Assembly (NCBI GenBank): GCA_036251765.1
Contig: JAZANL010000025.1
Coordinates: forward strand, 667-64,666
Length of the DNA: 64,000 nt
DNA from: Thermoplasmatota archaeon
GTDB lineage: Archaea > Thermoplasmatota > Poseidoniia > Poseidoniales > Thalassarchaeaceae
Reading direction: 5' to 3'
The notes beneath the pieces were generated by a model. It worked only from the letters and a program-made list of their open reading frames with translations. It searched no databases and was not told where the DNA came from. The translations under genes were made by a program, and so were the position numbers. Shown here piece by piece: positions 57,543-64,000 of this stretch; the first letter of the stretch is position 1; every line of letters begins with the position of its first letter.

Positions 57543-57994
57543 GCACTTCGATAAGACGCTGGGTAGAGACAGATACCGGCCACAGGGTCCCTAACCACAA
57601 GAGCAAGTGCAAACACATTCACGGCCATAGGTATCGCTGGGAGGCTGAGTTGGAGGGCGATGTTGTAACAGAGAAAGGCGTGTCAGATGAGGGCATGTTG
57701 ATGGACTTCTCCGATCTGTCTAGAATCCTAGAGGAAAATATCCACGATGTAATCGACCATGCTTTCGTAGTATTCGAGGGAGATGAAGACGCAAGAGCAG
57801 CGCTATCAATGATGGGTGAAGCCCACAAGACACTAGTCGTCCCATTTGTGCCTACGGCAGAGAATCTTGCCAGATGGGCATTCGAGCAGATCGATCCTCA
57901 CATCAAATCCTCGTACGGCAACTCCCTAAGGTTGAGGGCATTCCACGTCCGAGAAACCCCCAAGTCTTGGGCTAGTTGGAATCCTTCTGATTAG
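57539..57994 (+). CDS. queD: 6-carboxy-5,6,7,8-tetrahydropterin synthase QueD (PTPS family)
   Basis: 'CKHIHGHRYRWE' (CxxHGH zinc motif). Confidence 0.8.
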   Translation: MSTSIRRWVETDTGHRVPNHKSKCKHIHGHRYRWEAELEGDVVTEKGVSDEGMLMDFSDLSRILEENIHDVIDHAFVVFEGDEDARAALSMMGEAHKTLVVPFVPTAENLARWAFEQIDPHIKSSYGNSLRLRAFHVRETPKSWASWNPSD

Positions 57995-58778
57995 CATCAA
58001 TATCCCATTCTAGCTTCTTTGATAGCGAGTTCTTTGACATGCTAATAACCCCAATAATTCTATGAATTTCATCATCCTTGGGAAGTCCTCGAAGAATAAC
58101 TCTGTTGAGAGTCTCTTCAATCCCAGATTTCTTATGGTTCTGGGTTGGTAGTGACTTAACCAATTCACTGACCTCAGACTTTAGTTGCCTCCTCAAATTC
58201 GGATCCAGCAATCTACCTCCAGAGCCACTAGTAATCGTATTACTGAATGAAACATGCCATGAATAGCATATTATCGACACTGCATGACTTAGATTGAGTA
58301 TTGGATATCCCTCCCAAGAAGGGATTGTGACTAGCAGATCGCACGCAACGAGCTGATCATTCAGGAGCCCCTTTCCTTCAGGGCCAAAGACTAATGCAAC
58401 CCTCCCATCTACTCCAGAAAGCCTCTCAGGCAGCTCATCTGGCAGTAGGAAGTGCCTCATAGCAGTCTTCTCACCGTCTTCCCTCTTTCCTGAAGTGCCC
58501 ACTACTATCGAACAATCTGCAACTGCCTCATCCAATGTATTCACAATCTTACATTCGTCGAGAACTACCTGAGCGTTCTTTGCACGTTTTCGCGTTTCAT
58601 CGGACCAATCACCCTCTCTACCCACGACTCTCAAATCAGAAATTCCGAAATTTAGCATCGAACGTGCGACTGCACCAATGTTCCCGTCATGTTCAGGCTC
58701 TACAAGAACAATGCAGACAGACGAGCTATATGCTGGTAGAGAATCTTCACGCCTCTCTCCCATGAGATCGCGAGACAC
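57972..58778 (-). CDS. SPOUT (SpoU/TrmH)-class RNA 2'-O-methyltransferase with C-terminal extension
   Basis: 'VLVEPEHDGNIGAVARSMLNFG' motif 1 and 'LVFGPEGKGL' motif 2. Confidence 0.65.
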   Translation of the reverse strand: MSRDLMGERREDSLPAYSSSVCIVLVEPEHDGNIGAVARSMLNFGISDLRVVGREGDWSDETRKRAKNAQVVLDECKIVNTLDEAVADCSIVVGTSGKREDGEKTAMRHFLLPDELPERLSGVDGRVALVFGPEGKGLLNDQLVACDLLVTIPSWEGYPILNLSHAVSIICYSWHVSFSNTITSGSGGRLLDPNLRRQLKSEVSELVKSLPTQNHKKSGIEETLNRVILRGLPKDDEIHRIIGVISMSKNSLSKKLEWDIDANQKDSN

Positions 58779-58799
58779 CCATAGGTGATGAGTAGTCCG

Positions 58800-58994
58800 T
58801 TAGTCCACTCTTCGCTGTTTGTACCTGGTGATATAACCCGCAATCCAGTTTCTCATCCTTTTATTATTGCCAACATCAGAGAATTCAGATACAAGATGCT
58901 TGTTTTTCTCGAAATCGTCGGTAAATTGATCCGGATACATCTCCACTAACCTCAGAGCCCTGGATTTAATGAATGAAGGTCTGATATTTCCCAT
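58800..58994 (-). CDS. rps17e: Ribosomal protein S17e
   Basis: '[24 protein letters not shown]' is a typical S17e start. 64 aa. Confidence 0.85.
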   Translation of the reverse strand: MGNIRPSFIKSRALRLVEMYPDQFTDDFEKNKHLVSEFSDVGNNKRMRNWIAGYITRYKQRRVD

Positions 58995-58996
58995 AT

Positions 58997-59260
58997 TTAT
59001 TCCTCCAGTAGTTTTACTTCAATCGGAAAACCCTCTTCTCTAGTGCAAACGACCCTGATCTTCCTAGGAGGATTCTGCATCCCCCTGGCCCAAATTGCAT
59101 GATTTACTGACTCGTCAATCCAAATCTCCTCTTCATCAGTTTTCTTCATGTGCCTCGAAACATGAATTTTTACTTCTGCCATAGCTCTCTTTGCTCTATT
59201 GGTCCGGGGCACCTTCCAAGCGGCCCTTAGTGGGATTGTGATCTCCTTTATCTCTGCCAT
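58997..59260 (-). CDS. rpl31e: Ribosomal protein L31e
   Basis: '[24 protein letters not shown]...[15 protein letters not shown]'. Start set to the internal Met (the ORF extends to 59293). Confidence 0.8.
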   Translation of the reverse strand: MAEIKEITIPLRAAWKVPRTNRAKRAMAEVKIHVSRHMKKTDEEEIWIDESVNHAIWARGMQNPPRKIRVVCTREEGFPIEVKLLEE

Positions 59261-59265
59261 AAATT

Positions 59266-59421
59266 TCACCTCTGTAACTTCGAACGACGCCACATATGCC
59301 TCTTGGGATGAGAATTGGTCTTCCTGTTAGTTCGCATAACAACCCACACTGGAACCCTCTTGTTCTGCTTAGTGACCTTATTCAGGCGCTTCTTCTTTGC
59401 AAAGGGTTTGTTTCGTGCCAT
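59266..59421 (-). CDS. rpl39e: Ribosomal protein L39e (not in the supplied ORF track; <60 aa)
   Basis: Minus-strand translation by hand: [51 protein letters not shown]. Confidence 0.8.
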   Translation of the reverse strand: MARNKPFAKKKRLNKVTKQNKRVPVWVVMRTNRKTNSHPKRHMWRRSKLQR

Positions 59422-59429
59422 AGATATCA

Positions 59430-59900
59430 CTAGTACCTCTCCAAACCAGGATACCTTTCCTCCGCAGCACCACGAACCGAATGTGCTACCTCGTCTAGGA
59501 GCGCTTGCCCTACAGGACTTACGACTCGACCTCGATTAACGGTCCCTGCTGAATTCATCGAATTCTCAATAAGTCCCGAGTCGGATAGTTGTTGCAGAAT
59601 TTTCCGGGAAACATTCCTCGAACCGGAAACAGCCTTGTTTCTTTTCACGCCTCTATTCTTGGCTCCGCCAAACTCATGAGAAATACGATTTGTGCCTATA
59701 GGCCCTTTAATCGCCACTTTCCTGAGAATAGAGGCAGCCCTTGTATGCCACCAGTCATCTTGAACTGGGGGCCTTTCACGATGAGTACCGGTTTTGACCT
59801 GAGAGGCCCACTCGGGTGCAACTATCTTCTCGAAAGTAGTCATTTTTTCCGCCAGACCAGTAATCAGAAGATCCGCAGGAACGTCGTAGTATGTCGTCAT
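59430..59900 (-). CDS. rps19e: Ribosomal protein S19e
   Basis: From the internal Met: '[19 protein letters not shown]...' is a typical S19e N-terminus (the ORF extends to 59993). Confidence 0.85.
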   Translation of the reverse strand: MTTYYDVPADLLITGLAEKMTTFEKIVAPEWASQVKTGTHRERPPVQDDWWHTRAASILRKVAIKGPIGTNRISHEFGGAKNRGVKRNKAVSGSRNVSRKILQQLSDSGLIENSMNSAGTVNRGRVVSPVGQALLDEVAHSVRGAAEERYPGLERY

Positions 59901-60008
59901 GGCTTCACCGTCCGTCCGGGCCGTCCAACAGACCATATTTAACCGTGATGACCTGTTTTTCCAAATGCGCCTGTGTGAAATGCGTCTCGACAAGGATTCA
60001 AAAAATAC

Positions 60009-60827
60009 TTGGCATGTCGAAAAAGCGTGAAGAGATCGCTCTCTAAGAATCCGAACATGTTGCGAACCATGGTCGGAACAGGCTTGACATTGATTATTCT
60101 GCTATCATATGCTGTTTATTCTAACACAGTAGATTCTGAGTACTACTCTTACACAACAACTAACGAACACAATGTGATGGATATTTCAGCAGAGGTAGAG
60201 GGAGAGGCGAGTTGGTATTACACGACATACTCTGCAATTACCTGGGTAAATTTTACTGTTGAAAACGCTGCACCTGGATCTACTCTGACAGTAGAGTCGG
60301 AGGGCACAAATTGGTCTCATTCACCAAGCCTAGGGCTGCAGGAACAGAGCTACATTTGCAATGAGCCTAACTCAGATTACTCAAAATATCTGGAAACTTG
60401 CGATTACAGTAGGACGCACTCGATTGTTCTGGAGAATGGCACCGGAACACTGCGCGGCAGAGTATCGCTAGATCTGCCAATAAAAGGAAAGGGCTACCTT
60501 GAAAGTGATAGTGCCCTTAATGCAGAGAAAGAAGCAAACGAATTGGTTCAATCCGCAAAAAGGACCATCACTTGGAAGATTAAGATTGAAGAGGATAGTC
60601 AAATAGCGTCCAGCGACGGGATTTTAGTACATTCGGAATTCTCTTCTCACGAGCTTTTGGAATTGGAGAAATTCAAGCTTAACCCTGTCGAAGAGACCGT
60701 ATACAGCTTTTCTGCCTTGGTGGGTTGCTTCTTCTTGGTCCTAGTGATCCCCCTAATGATTTTCTTCTCCGCTAGGTATAGGGAAAATAGGAACGAGGAG
60801 ATGAGAGCCGCAGTCGAGGAAACATAA
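60009..60827 (+). CDS. Secreted/membrane-anchored protein (N-terminal TM, extracellular domain, C-terminal TM)
   Basis: 272 aa. TM 'VGTGLTLIILLSYAVY' and C-terminal 'FFLVLVIPLMIFF'. Confidence 0.4.
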   Translation: MACRKSVKRSLSKNPNMLRTMVGTGLTLIILLSYAVYSNTVDSEYYSYTTTNEHNVMDISAEVEGEASWYYTTYSAITWVNFTVENAAPGSTLTVESEGTNWSHSPSLGLQEQSYICNEPNSDYSKYLETCDYSRTHSIVLENGTGTLRGRVSLDLPIKGKGYLESDSALNAEKEANELVQSAKRTITWKIKIEEDSQIASSDGILVHSEFSSHELLELEKFKLNPVEETVYSFSALVGCFFLVLVIPLMIFFSARYRENRNEEMRAAVEET

Positions 60828-60834
60828 CTCAAGG

Positions 60835-61173
60835 CTACTCTTCTTCATTTCGTGATGGATTTAATTTAACTAAACCTAAATGTACGAATTCAGCAATAGC
60901 GCGATTCACTCTTTCTGATGCAGGTGCTATCTTCTCAGCAAAAGCCAAATCCATTTCCGACACAATCTGGTTTACAGACATCTTTCCATCCATCAAAATC
61001 CATAGTTTACTATTCATTACATCTAGTGGCCTTCTAACCGACTTTGGAGCCCCTAGAAAATTAGCAATCTTTTCTTCAAAATAGCCTAGATCTTTGTTTA
61101 CAATAATCACAATTTCTCCGGGGGCTAGATGTTCCCACTCTACTTCTGTTCTAGTTGGGAATATGTCTGCCAA
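60835..61173 (-). CDS. PqqD-like (RRE-fold) small protein
   Basis: 112 aa. 'SKLWILMDGKMSVNQIVSEMDLAF...VNRAIAEFVHLGLVKL' resembles the PqqD family core. Confidence 0.4.
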   Translation of the reverse strand: MADIFPTRTEVEWEHLAPGEIVIIVNKDLGYFEEKIANFLGAPKSVRRPLDVMNSKLWILMDGKMSVNQIVSEMDLAFAEKIAPASERVNRAIAEFVHLGLVKLNPSRNEEE

Positions 61174-61174
61174 T

Positions 61175-61741
61175 CTATCTCCTCAGTTTAATTGTATTTT
61201 CAACAATTGAGGAAGCCATTGCCTTGACTCTTTGTTCTAGATCTTCATTGACAAGGGAGCCATCATCGTCGAAAGCCTCCTTGATATTTGGAATGGCAAC
61301 CTGTTCGGGTATTACCCAGCCATGAATCCACCTTGCAGCTATCCTCATGTGATTTAGCGTGTTGTTACTAGTCTGTCCACCAAGTGTACAAATTAGACCG
61401 AAAACCTTGCCCGATGTGTGTTTCGAATATAACCAATCTAGACTATTCTTCATTACTCCGCTCATAGTGCCATGGTATTCCGGACTAGAGAGGACAAATG
61501 CATCGGCAGAAACTGCCATTTCCTGGAATCCCTTCACATGTTCGTCATCCCAGCAACCCTCTGCACCAACCAGTGGCAGGGGCTTTGCGCCATGATCCCA
61601 TACCACTGTCTCCGCGCCCATTTCTCTGCACTCCTCTAGAATAATCTCTAACATTCTACCGTTTGCTGAATCAAGTTCGTAGGACCCGCAGATCCCCATC
61701 ACAACTATTGGGTCACTCACATCACCCACACTAGACATCAT
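61175..61741 (-). CDS. NAD(P)H-dependent FMN reductase (flavodoxin-like fold)
   Basis: 'VVMGICGS' and 'SSPEYHGTMSGVMKNSLDWL' match the FMN-reductase family. Confidence 0.7.
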   Translation of the reverse strand: MMSSVGDVSDPIVVMGICGSYELDSANGRMLEIILEECREMGAETVVWDHGAKPLPLVGAEGCWDDEHVKGFQEMAVSADAFVLSSPEYHGTMSGVMKNSLDWLYSKHTSGKVFGLICTLGGQTSNNTLNHMRIAARWIHGWVIPEQVAIPNIKEAFDDDGSLVNEDLEQRVKAMASSIVENTIKLRR

Positions 61742-61834
61742 GTCTTCAATTGTCGGTTCATTTCATAGATTTATATTCCAGAAAACATATTTTGTTGTGC
61801 GAATACTTATTGAACACGGTTTTTCCGAAAGTCT

Positions 61835-63007
61835 GTGGGAACTAGTTTAGACGAGGTAATGGAAATAGCAGATAGTCATGCTAATTCCGGAAATGATGCC
61901 GAGGCAATTCAGGCATACATGGAAGCCCTAGAAATAGACCCGGAAAATGCAACTGCATGGTACTGCCTTGGAGTTCTATATTCAAGGACTAACTCATTAG
62001 ATAAAGCGGTCGAATCATTCCAAAAATCGAACAAGATTTTTCCGAACCACCCTCCGACCCTAGCTAATATAGCATACCTAATTTCGAAAAGCGATGCATC
62101 TGAAAACTCTGAAAATGAGGACACTCATCCACCTTCCATCGCAGAAGAGAGTAATCTGAATTCTTTGTCTGGCGATGGAGAGATCACAGTAGAACGTGTT
62201 TTCGTAGAAGCTAGGCAAATAGAGGATTTAGATTCTGAAAATGATAGTTCTCAGGAAGCTAATTACTCAACTACTCCAGGCGGCTTTGAAGAAGCAAAAA
62301 CTCTGACCAATTCTGGTGATCATTCTGGCGCCGTAGCACTATGGAAGGGTCTACTCGAGGAGTCCCCCAATTCTCCAGAAGTATGGCGTGGTCTTGGGGA
62401 GGCATTACGTTCCGCTGGCTATGATGATAGAGCAGAACAGTGTTTCAGAAGGGCAGATGCCATCGAATACGAGGCCCCAACCGTAGTTGATATTGTTGAA
62501 AAACATGAGCAAGAGCAAGATGATGCTCTAATTTTAGCAGTTGAAGAAGCCAAGGTCACAACATCAGAAACACCTTCACGAGGCGATCTTGACGATGCAG
62601 TCGGTTGGTATAATATGGGAATCAATTTACTTGGTGAGGGTAAAAACGACGAGGCTTTGTCAAGTTTTGAGAAGGCAATTGGAGGTTGCCCACCATCTGA
62701 GATAGAGCTGAAGGTCAAGGCACAGAATGGCAGGGGTAATGCATTATACAATTCTGGAAGGTTTTCTGAAAGTGTCGTTGCATATCATACAGCCATAGGG
62801 ATGGATCCCCACAGTGTTTCTGGTCGAACCTTATTCAATATGGGCTCTTCATATGCTGCTGTGGAGATGTTCGATGACGCCATCAAATGCTTCACCCAGG
62901 CACTTGAAAGGGGATTGGACAAGGAAGAGGCCGAATTATGTGAAAAGCAGATTAGTCGATGCCGGCTACTTTCGCGTGAACAAGCTAAACGACAGGCTAG
63001 GTCCTAA
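61835..63007 (+). CDS. TPR-repeat protein with acidic low-complexity linker
   Basis: Multiple 34-aa TPR-like units ('AWYCLGVLYSRTNSLDKAVESFQKS', 'WYNMGINLLGEGKNDEALSSFEKA', etc.). Confidence 0.6.
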   Translation: MGTSLDEVMEIADSHANSGNDAEAIQAYMEALEIDPENATAWYCLGVLYSRTNSLDKAVESFQKSNKIFPNHPPTLANIAYLISKSDASENSENEDTHPPSIAEESNLNSLSGDGEITVERVFVEARQIEDLDSENDSSQEANYSTTPGGFEEAKTLTNSGDHSGAVALWKGLLEESPNSPEVWRGLGEALRSAGYDDRAEQCFRRADAIEYEAPTVVDIVEKHEQEQDDALILAVEEAKVTTSETPSRGDLDDAVGWYNMGINLLGEGKNDEALSSFEKAIGGCPPSEIELKVKAQNGRGNALYNSGRFSESVVAYHTAIGMDPHSVSGRTLFNMGSSYAAVEMFDDAIKCFTQALERGLDKEEAELCEKQISRCRLLSREQAKRQARS

Positions 63008-64000
63008 TTCATTGGTTCAATAGTCACTATTACCGACTTGCTTGTTGGGGTATTGCTGCCATCAGCTACACTTTCAAGGGGTATTAGCACATTTGACTCT
63101 GGGAAATATGTAGCCACGTTACCATAGGGTATATCGTATTCTATAATCTTCCAGCCATTCGAGGAAATCTCATTTCCATCGAAGTGTGACGTTATTGTAA
63201 CCTCTTGGAACTCCTGCCATCCATTTGCTTCAATATCCAAATGACTCATCAGAACCACTCTCCTAGCATTTGAAATTCCTCTGTATCGGTCATTATTGCT
63301 GTAGATTGTAGTATTATACTGATCATGCGATCTTATAGTCATCATAACAAATTCACGCTCATTAGTCATAATAGGCTGCAATTCATTGGTAATGATGTTC
63401 GCAAAGCCGGATTCTGTGTTGAAAATACGATCGTCCCTAGGGGGGTTTGGCAGGTAGAAACCACCATCTTCCCTACATCTTTCATTGTATGAGTCAAATC
63501 CACTAACGGTTCTCTCTATGCAATCTCTAATTAGGTCATAATCAGAAACCAGGTCATTCCACGGAATGCCTGATTCTCCAATCTCTTCCTCTATTGCGAT
63601 AGCAAGTCTTGCTACAACTGCACACTCCGAAATAAGCTCAGAGCTAGCAGGCTTCCTTTTTCCTATCGATCTGTGGACAACTCCCATTGAATTCTCAACT
63701 GTCACGAACTGCCTCTTTCCACCAGTTTTGTCCAATTCGGTCCTACCCAGACAAGGGAGAATTATTCCAGTCTTTCCTGTTACTAGATGGGATCGATTTG
63801 GCTTAGTCGAAATCTGAACAGTCAAACTACAGTTTTTCAATGCTCGAGCCGTAGCTTGTGTATCTGACATAGCTGAAAGGAAGTTACCTCCCATAGAAAC
63901 GAAAACTCGTGCATCGCCACGGGTCATTTTCTTCACGGACTCGACAGAATCTACGCCGCCTTTCCGTGGCATATCAATTCCAAATTCAGTACTCAATGAA
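63004..64000 (-). CDS. Molybdopterin-oxidoreductase family protein, C-terminal part (formate-dehydrogenase-like/YdeP-like); gene continues beyond the window edge
   Basis: Blocks of this kind are typical of molybdopterin dinucleotide-binding/oxidoreductase alpha subunits. The frame is open to the window end. Confidence 0.5.
   Translation of the reverse strand, partial: SLSTEFGIDMPRKGGVDSVESVKKMTRGDARVFVSMGGNFLSAMSDTQATARALKNCSLTVQISTKPNRSHLVTGKTGIILPCLGRTELDKTGGKRQFVTVENSMGVVHRSIGKRKPASSELISECAVVARLAIAIEEEIGESGIPWNDLVSDYDLIRDCIERTVSGFDSYNERCREDGGFYLPNPPRDDRIFNTESGFANIITNELQPIMTNEREFVMMTIRSHDQYNTTIYSNNDRYRGISNARRVVLMSHLDIEANGWQEFQEVTITSHFDGNEISSNGWKIIEYDIPYGNVATYFPESNVLIPLESVADGSNTPTSKSVIVTIEPMN

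Noticed and set aside
1-64000. CRISPR arrays, rRNA genes, IS elements/transposases, integrases
   Set aside because: No regularly spaced direct repeats, no rRNA-like conserved stretches, and no transposase/integrase-like ORFs were seen. The tRNA-adjacent AT-rich block is reported only as a possible integration scar.

Overview
This window looks like an archaeal chromosomal segment, most consistent with Thermoplasmatota (possibly the marine Poseidoniia/MGII-III lineage), with roughly 50% GC. The lineage guess rests on the unsplit RpoB, the rpoH-rpoB-rpoA'-rpoA''-rpl30e gene order, the r-proteins S3Ae/S17e/L31e/L39e/S19e, and Pop5, Tsr3, Kae1, PAN, aIF6 and MBF1. The window is gene-dense, with about 75 CDS and two tRNAs (Lys-UUU on +, Val-GAC on -). 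I found no rRNA, no CRISPR array and no clear mobile element.

Recognisable blocks:
- Methylmalonyl-CoA metabolism, split over two loci: MCM B12 subunit + MeaB at 4.1-5.5 kb; MCM catalytic subunit + epimerase at 52.6-54.6 kb.
- A translationally coupled BCCP/carboxyltransferase operon with no biotin carboxylase (1.6-4.1 kb).
- The RNA polymerase operon (17.6-26.9 kb).
- A complete histidine-utilisation set, hutH-hutU-hutI plus a split FtcD (42.8-50.7 kb).
- An archaeosine/preQ0 operon, folE-queE-queC-msrB-queD (55-58 kb).
- A ribosomal-protein cluster (58.8-59.9 kb).

Candidate novel features, in rough order of interest:
(a) A Rieske/cytochrome b operon on the minus strand (6.9-13.0 kb). Its subunit-IV-like partner (PDWY Qo motif) is fused in one 937-aa protein to a large extracytoplasmic domain and a C-terminal HdrD/GlpC-like module (2x[4Fe-4S] + CCG domains).
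(b) RpoH carries a ~95-aa N-terminal extension whose first ~25 residues recur at the N-terminus of an extended RpoA''.
(c) A divergent FtsZ/tubulin-superfamily GTPase sits next to a small TPR-like partner.
(d) Three tandem coiled-coil paralogues plus a fourth nearby form a cluster. A conserved basic C-terminal tail (consensus roughly PRKKSRK[IL]G[VT]SR[RS]G) is shared by two of them and by an MBF1 homologue.
(e) A membrane protein with an extracellular domain and a tandem cytoplasmic zinc ribbon sits in an operon with a DtxR-FeoA regulator.

Every call below is from reading the sequence and ORF translations by eye. No database search was run.
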